From: Octopus vulgaris
Lineage: Eukaryota
NCBI GenBank assembly: GCA_951406725.2
Contig: OX597817.1
Location: 89,094,001 to 89,158,000, forward strand
Reading direction: 5' to 3'
Length of the DNA stretch: 64,000 nt
Positions 14,301 to 27,105 of this stretch are shown piece by piece. Under the pieces are notes generated by a model. It was not told where the DNA came from. It saw only the letters and a program-made list of their open reading frames with translations, and ran no database searches. Each line of letters starts with the position of its first letter. The first letter of the stretch is position 1. The translations under genes were made by a program, and so were the position numbers.

Positions 14301-14837
14301 CAATTGCAGTATCAACACCACCCCATCACTTCAACTACCATAAACCCCACGATACAAACCATCACAAATCTTCTCAACGCCTCCCTCAGTTCACGGCCGT
14401 CTTACTACAACCGTTTTTTCCTCCTCACCATTATTATGTTCTACCCTCTCCACCATATCTTACACTACAACCTTCAGTCATACTTCCCAACCTTTGTCAG
14501 CCCTGCAACCATTTCACCTCCACCATTCTGCCCTTACCACTGTGTCCAATAGCGCCGTCACCACCATCGTCGATGTCACCCCTCCCATTACCATCGCCGC
14601 TGCTGCCACCGCCACCGCCACCTGCGCCATCGTCAGCGCCACTACTGCTACCACCACTGCTGCTGCTGCCGCCACCGATACCACGTCGCTACGGTCACTG
14701 CCACTGCAGCCACCGCTGCCGTTACTGCCAGCCGCCACTACCATCATCGACACCACTACTATCGCTGTCGCCGGCACCTCCGCTGTCTACACGGTTACCA
14801 CCGTTTCTTGCTTGACCAACACAGTGCCCTGATTGCA

Positions 14838-14878
<41 letters not shown>

Positions 14879-15253
14879 ACCACGCATACAAACGCACACA
14901 CACACACACATACACACGCACACATAAACACATACACACAAACACAGGCACACACACACAAACACACACACTTCCCATAATGCAGTTGAATTCCCTAACG
15001 ATGCCTCGGGCCAATGATGCAGCAAGAAGAAAGCTCCTTTAGTCCCAGCACAGGAATTAGTCACAGAATTGATGACATGCACTCGGCCCTGACACCACCA
15101 CCACCACCACCCCCACCGCCCAGAACCACTCACCGTTCACCAGACAACATCTATCACTGTCTAATACAAGCCAGCTATACAACGTACACACAAAAAACTA
15201 AAGAAAAAATATGGCGACCAATTGCTTCTACAAAGACATCATTATAATACGTT

Positions 15254-15711
15254 TTCTTCTTCTTGTTCTTCTTGTTCTTGTTCTTCTTGTTCTTGTTGCT
15301 GTTGTTGTTGTTGTTGTTGTTGTTCTTCTTCTTCTTCTTCTTCTTCTTCTTCTTCTTCTTCTTCTCCTCCTCCCCTTCTTCTTCTTCTTCTTCTTCTTCT
15401 TTTTCTTCTTCTTTTTCTTCTTCTCCTTCTTCTTCTTCTTCTTCTTCCCCTCATCTCCCTCCCCCTCTTCTTCTTCTTCTTCTTCTTCTTCTTCTTCTTT
15501 TTCTTCTTCTTCTTCTTCTTCTTCTTCTTCTTCTTCTTCCCCTCATCTCCCTCCCCCTCTTCTCCTTCTTCTTCTTCTTCTTCTTCTTCTTCCCCTCATC
15601 TCCCTCCCCCTCTTCTTCTTCTTCTTCTTCTTCTTCTTCTTCTTCTTCTTCTTCTTCTTCTTCTTCCCCTCATCTCCCTCCCCCTCTTCTTCTTCTTCTT
15701 CTTCTTCTTCA
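15254..15711. repeat. (TTC)n polypyrimidine tract with repeated CCCCTCATCTCCCTCCCCCT spacers
   Basis: Spacer recurs four times (near 15447, 15539, 15592, 15666). Confidence 0.9.
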
Positions 15712-16188
15712 ACAACTAATTCGTTTTCCTCTTGCCCCTCCACTAACCCTTTCTCTTCATTATATTCTCTTCCATATTCAACCAACATTGCCTCACCGTC
15801 ACCATTATAATGACCATCACCATTACCACCACCGCCGCCGTGACCATCACCATTACCCCACCACCACCACTGCTATCACCACCCATCTCTTCCAAGACCC
15901 TTTAATTTTTCCTGCCCCATCATATTTCACCTCAGTCATCCTTCAATAACATCCCCCCTTCACCACACAACCTACTTTATATATTCACTGCATAGCGTCA
16001 CCTTCATCACTCACCTCATCCTCGCCTCTGTGCCCTCGGCAAATTCGATATTTGCACATTTGTATGTATGTATGCATGTATGTATGTATGCATGTATGTA
16101 TGCATGTATGCATGTATGTATGTATGTAGGTATGCATGTATGTATGCATGTATGCATGTATGCATGTATGTATGCATCATCTATCTAT

Positions 16189-16261
<73 letters not shown>

Positions 16262-16904
16262 GATCGATCTCTCCAGCTATCTATTTCTCTCTCTGTGCCT
16301 CTGTCTGTCTCTCTGTCTCGCTCTACCTCTATGTATGTATGTATGTATGTATGTATGTATGTATGTATGTATGCATGTATGTATGTATGTATGTATGTAT
16401 GTATGTATGTATGTATGCATGCATGCATGTATGTTTGTATACATGCTCATACATGCGCATACACTTTGCGTGTGTTTGTGTGTGAGTGTGTGCATATATA
16501 CGTGTATACGTGTGTGCATTATACGTGTATACCAGCACCACCAGCATAGGGTTCGAAAAGCTTCGTAAATTGATAAGTATTACACAAAATATATATCTAT
16601 ATATCTGCACATTTTGATATATGTTTTGATATGTGTGCAGAGGAAAGGAGTTCTCAGTGAACTAGGCAGTGTGCTGTAATAAATTCTGTTGCACAGACGG
16701 AAAAAGAAATGAAGATTTTTGGCTATATTTCCTGTAGCGTTCTTTCTTCTTGTGAAATAGAATATACTTTTATGTTCTTAGTGTACTGAGCACTCTTTTC
16801 CTGTTTTAGACATAAAGATATATTGAGATGTGCAAAAAGATAATTCGCTGATATCTCATCGTAACTTATCTTGTCTTTTCTTATCTTATCTTATCTTATC
16901 TCTC

Positions 16905-16984
<80 letters not shown>

Positions 16985-16988
<4 letters not shown>

Positions 16989-17404
16989 ATTTATTTATTG
17001 CCTACAAGGGGGCTAAACATAAAGGGGACAGACAAGGACAGACAAAGGGATTAAGTCGATTAGATCGACCCCAGTGCGTAACTGGTACTTAATTTATTAA
17101 CCCCGAAACGATGAAACGCAAAGTCGACCTCGGCGGAATTTGAACTCAGAACGTAACGGCAGACGAAATACCTATTTCTGTTTTACCCACAAGGGGCTAA
17201 ACACAGAGAGGACAAACAAGGACAGACAAACGGATTAAGTCGATTATATCGACCCCAGTGCGTAATGGTCCTTATTTAATCGACCCCGAAAAGATGAAAG
17301 GCAAAGTCGACCTCGGTGGAATTTGAACTCAGAACGTGGCGGCAGACGAAATACCGCTAAGCATTTTGCCCGGCATGCTAACGTTTCTGCCAGCTCACCG
17401 CCTT
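16985..17404 (-). mobile_element. Dimeric SINE family A
   Basis: Two tandem core units. Closely similar to 53362-53772. Confidence 0.9.
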
Positions 17405-17405
17405 T

Positions 17406-17501
<96 letters not shown>

Positions 17502-17655
17502 CATGTCTATACATGCATACATGCATACATGCACACACACACATACATACATACATACATACATACATACATACATACATACATACATACATACATACAT
17601 ACATACATGCATACATACATACATACATACATACATACATACATACATACATACA

Positions 17656-17687
<32 letters not shown>

Positions 17688-18039
17688 CATAGGCATGGTT
17701 GTGTGGTAAGAAGTTTGCTTTTCAACTATATGGTTTCGGGTGCAGTTCCATTGCGTGGTACTGTGGGCAAGTGTCTTCTACTCTAGCTTCAGGCCAACCA
17801 AATCTTTGTGAGTGAATTTGGGAGATGGAAACTGAAAGAAACTCGTTGTACATACATACATACATACATACATACATACATACATACATACATACATACA
17901 TACATGCATGCATGCATGCATACATACATACATACATACATACATACATACATACATACATACATACATACATACATGCATATATACATATGGTCATCAG
18001 AACTCTCAGCTTACAACAAACATATTGCCCACAGCACCT

Positions 18040-19125
18040 TTGCAGTGCCTGTCCTCGCGCCTACGTTTGGCCTTCTGTGTTAGTCACTACAAGAACTGAG
18101 TGAGATAGATGTTCGAACTCGCAAGCTTCTCAGTGTTACAGGAAACCTCAGCATGTAGACAGGCTATATACTTCCCATACCGTGGTCTCAAATCTGTGTT
18201 GATGTAACACTGATTGTAACACTGGAACAGCATCTGCAGCTGAGGAAAGAGACCTATAACTATCTTGCTAGAGTTTGTGACCATGAAACCAACAGCATAT
18301 CTAGGATAGCAAATGAACTTGAGGAGAGGCATGAAATAAGAACTGATATAGACCCCATCGCAAGAATCATTGCTAAAATCTATTTATCAGAACAACAGGA
18401 AACAAAAAAATAACCAGTTCACATGGGTATAAAAAAGTAAATGCACCCTTTTTAAAGCCTAGCCAGGCTCATGGGCCCGGTTTCCCGGTTTCCGTGGCGA
18501 GTGTGTTCCCCAGCTGGATGTGACGCCAGTCCATCGCAGCGTTACTCACTTTTGCCAGCTGAGTGGACTAGAGCAACGTGAAATGAAGTGTTTTGCTCAA
18601 GAACACAACGCGTCGCCCGGTCCAGGAATCGAAACCACAATCTTGCGATCATGGTGCTGACACCCTAACCACTAAGCCATCACATGGGTATATGGCACAT
18701 ATAACACAAACCATAGATAGGATTGATCATATCAACGGCTTGGCATCTGCACCGACAAGTTTATGAGATTCCATTTTGAAGGCTACACCCACGCAACCCA
18801 AGAACTAGAGATCCCCACTAGGTACCTACAACACGAAAGGCAGAAAACACAGGCAACAAATGTAGGCTGTGCAAGATCAAGACTGAAGACATCAACCACA
18901 TTATTGCCATCTGTTAGAGAATGTATTCCAGAGATTATCTTCCCATGGCTAGAATAATTTGGAGCAGGATAACTAAAAAGAGGACACCTACAAAAGAAAC
19001 TGACTATACTGAGACCGATGGGTAAAAAAATACTAGTGGAACTTGAATCCAACCGGCCAGATATCGTTGTGTGGGAACACAAACAAAAAATATGGTCTGT
19101 TGAGAAAATTAGCTGCCCCGCTGGT
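18040..19125 (+). mobile_element. Decayed R4/Dong-like LINE fragment interrupted by a SINE
   Basis: Peptides PVLAPTFGLL, KCRLCKIKTEDINHII and NRPDIVVWEHKQKIW...ISCP. Confidence 0.75.
18432..18679 (-). mobile_element. tRNA-derived SINE family C
   Basis: A and B boxes on the minus strand. TSD TCACATGGGTATA at 18419-18431 and 18680-18692. Related to 35598 and 39232. Confidence 0.88.
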
Positions 19126-19460
19126 CACGAAAGTGGTTAGAAAAATGTGACGTACTGTATTTTTTTTTTTTTTCCAAAATGCCACGGCATCAAATCTTAC
19201 AGCGATACATATGTTGCATTATCTGATGTTGTTGAATTGAGTATATCACTCAATACGTTTTCGAATCGGTACCCGTGACATGAAAAATGGGTCTTTTAAC
19301 GTTATTCTCTCTGTTAACAACTGATCATAGAACTGTATCTTCGCATGTATTTGTCTTCCAAGTGTTTTATTTACCCGGTCTAATCACGCTGATATTTCAT
19401 GACTAAAGTTTACAAATGTGATATGTTATACCCATATGTATACGTATGCATGTATATACA

Positions 19461-19515
<55 letters not shown>

Positions 19516-19586
19516 AAGCAATTAAGATTCAAGTAAATTCCAATGAATTTACTTGAATATATAAATGTCTAGAGAACTCATATGTA

Positions 19587-19677
19587 TTTTAGCTGATGAG
19601 TACGGGACACTTTTATCTGCTGCAATTTTTGCAACTTGTAATAAAGCCTGTCTTTGTATGAAACAATTGTACTAAAA
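19587..19677 (+). ncRNA. Type I hammerhead ribozyme with long stem II, inside a ~195-bp (TA)n-flanked insert (19513-19707)
   Basis: TTTTAG-CTGATGA-[GTACGGGACA...TGTCTTTGTAT]-GAAA-CAATTG-TA-CTAAAA. Canonical core, 6-bp stem I, palindromic stem III, predicted cleavage after 19671. Confidence 0.85.
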
Positions 19678-19706
19678 ACTAATCCATTCTTGTTGCTTCT
19701 TTCTCG

Positions 19707-19739
<33 letters not shown>

Positions 19740-20032
19740 ATGTATGTATGTATGTATGTATGTATGTATGTATGTATATCTCTTATCTTTCGTTTTTCAC
19801 TTGTTTGCGTCCATACTGGGGTACCAACTTGAAGAATTTTAGTCAAACTTGCTGACCTCAGTACTTATTATTTTTTCGTAAGACATGTTCCATCGGTGTC
19901 CTTTGCAGAGCTGCTCAAGGTGCCACGCAGTGGAACTGAACCCGAAACCATGTATTTGGGAGGCAAATTTCTTACCCACAGCCATAGTTAAGTTTTGAAG
20001 ATGTATTTTGAATTATATTAAGTCAATTTTAC

Positions 20033-20240
20033 CTCTTTATCAAAAAGCATGGCTGTCTGAGTTTCTTTAATGAAACAGTTAGGCTTGCTCTGTGTTTCTG
20101 TTTAACAGCTGCGGTATTATAACTGTACAAATGTAGCATAATAATTTGCCTTATACATTGAAGCAAGAACGAACGGGTTGACGAAAATTGAACTGTCTGT
20201 ATTTTATTTCCTGGACAAACCAATGAAAGGAACATCTATC
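20033..20240 (-). other. Candidate exon ending in GCC-ATG MLFDKE, preceded by a possible 131-nt intron and a 72-nt exon (20372-20443)
   Basis: Minus-strand acceptor TATTTTTAG (20241), donor GAG|GTAAAA (20032), upstream donor TTG|GTAAGT (20371). Confidence 0.3.
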
Positions 20241-20493
20241 CTAAAAATAGCAGCTGAATTTCCATCAATCCCATATTGTAATCGTAAAGAATAGAGAAGT
20301 TACACTGACATACTGTTTCTTTCGATTTTTTATTCAAATGTTTCTTGAGCAACATTTAAAAATCTACTTACCAATTGACACTTTTTACTAGACTATTCGA
20401 TGCTGATGAGGTTAAATAAAGCGAAGCATGCCCATAGTTTATACTAGGTAGTCAACAAAGATAAGACTGTGATATATGTAAATTAACTTGTAA

Positions 20494-21315
20494 AGACGGC
20501 AAGCTTACAGAATCGTTAGCACGGCTGGCAAACTGCTTAACGGCATTTCATCCGTTCCCACGTTCTAAGTTTAAATTCCGCCGAGGCCGACTATGCCTTT
20601 CATTTTTTTGGGGTTGATAAAATAAGTACCAGTTGAGCACTGGGGTTGATGTACTTACCCCACCCCGAAAATCCTTACCTTGGGCCAAAATTTGAAACCA
20701 ATATATGTAAATTAACTTGTAAAGGCGGCGAGCTGGCAGAATCGTTAGCACGCCGGGCGAGATGTTTAGCGGTATTTCGTCTGCCGCTATGTTCTGAGTT
20801 CAAATTCCGCCGAGGCCGACTTTGCCTTTCATCCTTTCGGGGTCGATATAATCGACTTAATCCGTTTGTCTGTCCTTGATCGTCTCCTCTTTGTTTGGCC
20901 CCGTGTGGTTAGTAAAGATATAGGCATTTCATCCGTTCCCACGTTCTAAGTTTAAATTCCGCCGAGGCCGGCTATGCCTTTCATTTTTTCGGGGTTGATA
21001 AAATAAGTACCAGTTGAGCACTGGGGTTGATGTACTTACCCCACCCCGAAAATCCTTACCTTGGGCCAAAATTTGAAACCAATATATGTAAATTAACTTG
21101 GGAAGGCGGTGAGTTGACAGAGTCGTTCTCGCGCCGGGCAAAATGTTTATAGGCATTCCGTCCGTCTTCACGTTCTGAGTTCAAATTCCCTCGGGGCCGA
21201 ATTTGCCTTTCATCCTTTCAGGATCGATAAAATAAGTACTAGTTTAACACTAGATTCAATGTAATCGACTAATCCCCTCCCCCGAAATTGATGGCCTTGT
21301 GCCAAAATTTGAAGC
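20494..21315 (+). mobile_element. Tandem cluster of family A SINE units
   Basis: Four core units. 20542-20720 is nearly identical to 20923-21100. Confidence 0.88.
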
Positions 21316-21528
21316 CGAGACATGAATTAACTTGAGAAATGAATTGTTGATATTTTGAAATTCTCTTTCCTTCAATTGTGAATGGTCACATATTATCTCT
21401 AAGTTCTTGTATGTTCCCTCCAGCTCAGTGCGAAATTTCAATGAATTTATCCTCTATCTTTGACAGGTTTTCGTCATCAGAAAGTGGCCATGCTGAGGCA
21501 CCGCCTTGAAAAAATGTATATGCACATA

Positions 21529-22402
21529 CAGGGTGCAGTGAATATATTGTCGTCTAAATTACGCATCAAAGGAAAATAACACTGACATCTCATTTTAACA
21601 TATATTTACCAAAATTACATAAAAATACTTTTAAATACTAAAGAGTGAATTTATTCAATAAAATTGCCATTGGATTCAACCACAGCCTCCAGACGACTTC
21701 GGAATCTCCTGCAACTCTTCTGGATGGTCTCCGTGTTTAAGTTGGTCGATGCTGCCATAATCTTTGCTTTCGGTTAATCTTTGGTGTTTCAAGGAGTTTT
21801 GTTGGTCTCTCGCTCAACTCCGCCCCATACATAATAATCAAGGAGTTTGCAGTCTGAGGAATTAGATGCCCAAATGTTAGGGATGATGTGGTCGCAGAAA
21901 TTGTCTAACAGCCATGACTGTGTTCTGCTTGTGTGGCATGGTGCAGAGTCCTGTTGCCAGACATAGGGACTTCTAGCAGGCACCCTCTCGATCCAGGGCA
22001 GCACTGCCTCCTCCAGGCATTTGTTGTAGGCCTCCGTGCTGAGTCTGAGGCTGTGTAGGAAGATGAATGGAGGCATAACGTCGCCAGTACTAGTGATCGC
22101 TCTAAACACCATGTTGTCGATTGGATGATTTTTTATCATTCTCAGTAGATGCCCTCAGTTTGCACTGTCCTCAGATTGACACCTAAACACTCTGAAATGT
22201 TCGTATTGGAGCTTCCGGCGCGAATGCCAAGCAGCACAGCATGTCGTTTCCAAATTTCTGGCAGAGCAAATTTATCATGGTGCTGTTTTTCTCAAAGACA
22301 GTGCCCAGCTGATCCTACTATATTGTATAGTCGACAAAATAAAAAACAAGCAATGCGCATGCGCGGAATTAAAAATGTCAACAATTTATACATCGCACTC
22401 TA
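21529..22402 (-). mobile_element. maT (DD37D, Bmmar1-like) Tc1/mariner transposon, internally deleted
   Basis: TA-flanked TIR CAGGGTGCAGTGAA. Transposase motifs YVWQQDSAPCHT and IW..NS.DC..LDYYVWG. Second copy at 42744-43605. Confidence 0.88.
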
Positions 22403-22409
22403 TATATAT

Positions 22410-22465
<56 letters not shown>

Positions 22466-22499
22466 TGTGTATTTGTGTCTGTGTTAACAGACATAAGAG

Positions 22500-22855
22500 A
22501 ATGACAACCGATGTTGGTGTGTTTACATCTTCCTAACTTAGCGGTTCGCCAAAAAGAGACTGATAGAATAAATATACACACCAACGTCGGTTGTCAAGCG
22601 ATGTTGGGAGGGCAAACAAAGCCACACAAACACACACGCACACACACCCGCGCACACACACATACACACACATACACACACACACATATACGACGGACTT
22701 CTTCTAGTTTCCATCTACGAAATCCATTCACAAGGCTTTGGTCAGCCCGATGCTATAGCAGAAGACACTTGCCCAAGATGCCATGCAGCGGGACTGAATC
22801 CTGAACCATATAGTTGGTAAGCAAGTTACTTACCACACAGCCACTCCTACGCCTA
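22500..22855 (-). mobile_element. SINE family B (rearranged copy)
   Basis: Shared GGCAAGTGTCTTCT...AAAGCCTTGTGA.TGGATTT.GTAGA.GGAAACT core. Other copies near 17690, 19780, 26135, 30205, 33570, 41265, 49230, 51000, 53230, 55370, 59560, 60835, 62200. Confidence 0.85.
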
Positions 22856-22868
22856 TGTATATATATAC

Positions 22869-22922
<54 letters not shown>

Positions 22923-22965
22923 AAACAAGTCAAGATAGAAAATGCTAAAATAATTTTATAAAGAA

Positions 22966-23013
22966 CATTTCAGTACCGGTTTCAGTCATTTTGAGACCTT
23001 TTCAACTGTAACG
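22966..23013 (-). ncRNA. Type I hammerhead, U3-A8 variant core (F2)
   Basis: Minus strand CGTTACAG-TTGAAAA-GGTC tcaaaat GACT-GAAA-CCGG-TA-CTGAAATG. Confidence 0.75.
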
Positions 23014-23176
23014 ATTAAATAATTAAATTTAGAAAAATTAAAAGAAAAGTTTTTTTAAAGGAATATTTGTATAGTGTTCAAATATACAAATATTCCTTTA
23101 AAAATACTTTTCTTTTAATTTTTCTAAATTTTAAAAATTAATTATTTAATTTTAATCTAAAAATTAATTATTTAAT

Positions 23177-23224
23177 CGTTACAGTTGAAAAGGTCTCAAA
23201 ATGACTGAAACCGGTACTGAAATG
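23177..23224 (+). ncRNA. Type I hammerhead, U3-A8 variant core (F2)
   Basis: CAG/CTG stem I extended by CGTT/AATG, core TTGAAAA 23185-23191, stem II GGTC/GACT, GAAA-CCGG-TA. Predicted cleavage after 23216. Confidence 0.75.
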
Positions 23225-23303
23225 TTCTTTATAAAATTATTTTAGCATTTTCTATCTTGACTTGTTTTTTCATATATATCAACTCATGTGTTCCCTTTCA
23301 TCC

Positions 23304-23400
<97 letters not shown>

Positions 23401-23650
23401 CGCACACACACACACACAAACACACACATATAGCTCATATCATAAACAAGTGATTACAGATTAAGATGTATGTAAAATATTTACATATCTACACTAGCTC
23501 GCGCACACTCACATTTGTATATGTATTATGTATGTCTGAATGTACATATGTATACACACACACATACACACATATATATACGTATGTGCATATATATTTG
23601 TATTTATAGTCATACAGATATATATATATATACATGTATTTATATGCTTT

Positions 23651-23747
<97 letters not shown>

Positions 23748-23780
23748 GTATATATATATACTTTTGCATATATATATATG

Positions 23781-23860
<80 letters not shown>

Positions 23861-24119
23861 TGAGTATTTATGTTTGTATTTATGTGTATATAGATAATTA
23901 ATTAGGTCTTCCCATTAGATGCAGGTGCACCGGTTATGCATCAATCATCTTGTGTACCGATTCCTGCAAATTTTGCGACATTCCTTGAGGACTGCAATAT
24001 CGGCACCACCATCTCCTTCGCCAAAATAACCGTTCTCTTGTTCATTGTCTAACTAAATGGCTCTAGCGTCATGGGCGGGGGAGGGAGGTGATTAATGGTA
24101 GACCGGCGGGCAAGAAGAT

Positions 24120-24440
24120 GCAGCTGCTGCTGCTGCTGCTGATAATGGTAGTGGTTCGGCGATGACGACGATGATGTCATTGACGATGGTGCTGGCAGTG
24201 ATGATAGCAATGATCACGATGATGATGGCGACGACGACGAAGATGATGAGGTTGATGACGACGACGATCATGATAATGATAGGTGTGTGTTAGTGATAAT
24301 GATGATGATGATGATGATAATGGTAGTGGTGGTGGTCATGATAATGATATTGCTGTTGACGATGATGATGATACTAAGAATGAGGATGAAGATAATTATG
24401 ATGTGTGTGTTGTAGGTGATGGCGGTGGGTATAATGTAGT
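24120..24440. repeat. Degenerate (GAT/GAC/GCT)n repeat
   Basis: Direct reading. Confidence 0.85.
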
Positions 24441-24959
24441 TGTAGTTAAAATGATGGTTGTATTATAGTAATATCGTTATTATCGTTTAGTGCCAGGTCA
24501 GCTCTGATTTAGCGGACTTATGGTAAAGGTCATTCCACCCATGACCATCCACTCATTTTTGATATATAGAAGAACATCTGACAAGGGGAAAGTGTCGTAT
24601 GCTAACGAAAAATTTAATAGTGCATAGTTGAGTCAAATTTTTATCAAGTATTTTTTGTTTATTTGTTTACCCACTCGGGGGATAGCTGTCAATGACGAGA
24701 CGCAGTGCGTCGAAATCACTTGATCTGGCAGATCCAGTACCCAAAGCAGAGGATTCTCATCTGCCAACGATATAAATATGTATGCTTTTATGCACCATGC
24801 ATCTATATGAGAGGACTTTTCACGGCGAATACCGGAGTATTCGGCATTCTAACAACATTCAAACATCCACGTTATGTTGGATGTAAAGATTACCCTTGGA
24901 TATCAATACTGTTCCTATCGATAATAATTATGTGTGTGTGTGTACGGAAGCCCACGAAG

Positions 24960-26115
24960 CCTTCTTGGTAAGGAAAATAGTTTTCATTTAATCTTGACTC
25001 TTTTTCTTTCTCAACAATATTGGTATACAAAATTCGTACCCTTACGAAAATGATAACCAAACTATGTTGAGTGATTTTCTCGTACGAGTACAAACTGGGT
25101 CACTCTGTCGCAGAAGCTCAACGGAATATCAAGCGGGCCTTTGATAATGGTTTTGCTGACATCAGAACTGTTCAGAGATGGTTCCAAAGCTCTCGTTCAG
25201 GAGATGATAGCCTTGAAAATAAACCAAGAGGTAGGGCAAAATTAGTTATTAAACGCTTTGGTTGAACAAAATCAGAACAAAGGTTCGAAAACTTTTATCA
25301 GAACTCCAAACATCTCGAACAACTGTTTTTGGACACCTACAAAAAATTGAAAAAGTCAAGAAAACAGAGAGGTTTGTTCCACATCAACTGAACGAGATTA
25401 AAAAAAAACACAGACGCCTCGAAGTGTGCTCGTTATTGTTTTCTCGACTGGGAAAAGACCATTTTTGCATCAAATCAGTACTTGTGATGAAAACTGGATA
25501 GTCTTTGGCAATAGCAGGAGAACAGGACAGTGATTAGATGCAGGAGAGTCACCTAAACACTAACCAAGCCTTACATTGTACCCTAAAATGTTAGTGGTCA
25601 CTGTATGGTGGTCTGCGAAGGGAGTTATTCATTGTTCATTTTTGCAACAAGGAAAAGCGGTAACAGCAACATCGTATTGTGAGGAAATTGATTGTATGCA
25701 TGAGAATTTGCAAAAGAAGCAACCCAGACTAGTGAGTAGAGATGGCCCAGTTTTGCTCCACAACAATGCACGTCCTCACACTCCTCAAGCTACAGTCCAA
25801 AAGTTACAAAGCCTGAATTATGAGATTTTGCAACAGCCTCCCTATTCCCCTGATATCTCTCCTACTATTCACTTATTTAAGCATTTTGAACTTTTCATAA
25901 GCAACAAAACATTCTTAAATAAAGAAGAAGTAAATGAAGCATTCGGACAGCAAAAGATGATTTTTTTTTTAAGATGGAATATATGACATGTAAAAACTTT
26001 GGGTAAACGTCATAAATGAACATGGATCATACTTTGATTAAATAAATCAGTTCTCTAACACTTCTGAAGCATTTTATTGTTACCTTTCAAACACATTTCA
26101 TGTGAAACAACCTGA
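24960..26115 (+). mobile_element. Decayed mariner (DD34D) transposon
   Basis: Peptides YEYKLGHSVAEAQRNI...TVQRWF...SLENKPRGR, FVPHQL, DENWI, VTVWWSAKGVIH, LLHNNARPHT and PPYSPDISP. Mariner-like 3' TIR ...AACAACCTGATA. The 5' limit is approximate. Confidence 0.9.
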
Positions 26116-26707
26116 TATATTAAAAACATTTAATCTTTTATCTTTTACCTGTTTCGGTCACTGGACTGCGGCCATGCTGGGGCACCACCTTGGATATTTT
26201 TTTATTCAAAGGAATCGATCCCGGTATTTATTATTTATTTAAGCCTAGCATTTATTCTATCGGTTTCTATTGCTGAACCGCTAAGCTACCGGAACGTAAA
26301 CACACAAGTGCCGGTTGTCAAATGGTGGTTGGGGAAAAACACAGACTCAAAGACACACACATACGCACTCACACACATACACATGTATATACGTCGGGCT
26401 TCATTCAGTTTCCGTCTAACAAATCCACTCACAAGGCTTTAGTCGGCCTGACGCCCAAGTTGCCACGCAGTGGGAGTGAACCTGGGACCAGGTGGCTACG
26501 AAGCAAACTTCTTACCACACAGCCACGACTGCGTCCATGTAATCATTATCTAATATAGAGCTCAATCCACCGAGTAGAATGAATATAGATTTGATTATTA
26601 TATCAAGAGGCGTCAGTCTGTTCAGAGTTTTACCCAGGATTGGAATGTTTACGACTGTCGTGAACAATCCGGTCTCGGGCTGTCAACACTTGATATAATA
26701 AACATAC

Positions 26708-26850
26708 TCACGCGCGCACAAGCACACGCCCGCGCGCGCACACAAGCACACGCCCGCGCGCGCACACAAGCACACGCCCGCGCGCGCACACAAGCACACG
26801 CCCGCGCGCGCACACAAGCACACGCCCGCGCGCGCACACAAGCACACGCA
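26708..26850. repeat. 24-bp GC-rich minisatellite (CACGCCCGCGCGCGCACACAAGCA)n, about 5 copies
   Basis: Direct reading. Confidence 0.92.
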
Positions 26851-27037
26851 CACACACATATGTATATATATACATATATATAAAATACAAAATGGGACAA
26901 GAACGCAAAACATCCGGACAGCTAGGTGATACAAAAAGGGACAACAAAACATCCAGATAGACTATACACAGAAAATAAGTACGGGTCATTCGAAGTTTTT
27001 TTTCTTCAGTCAAGCACCAGATTATCCTCGCAATTTC

Positions 27038-27100
<63 letters not shown>

Positions 27101-27105
<5 letters not shown>

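Larger units (their letters stand above)
22918..23273. mobile_element. Head-to-head palindromic Penelope pLTR-like insertion (family F2) with one HHR per arm
   Basis: Arms 22918-23072 and 23083-23273 are reverse complements (small internal duplication in the right arm). Both ends run into TA repeats. Confidence 0.85.

Noticed and set aside
13680-14832. Poly-Q/P/T/A ORFs resembling a transcription-factor low-complexity domain
   Set aside because: Open in several frames on both strands only because of CAC/CAG/GCC repeats. No domain or clear splice framing.
23900-24110. GC-richer unique segment with short open frames
   Set aside because: No convincing splice sites or recognisable product.
26708-26850. 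Regular 24-bp repeats as a CRISPR array
   Set aside because: No unique spacers and eukaryotic context. It is a minisatellite.
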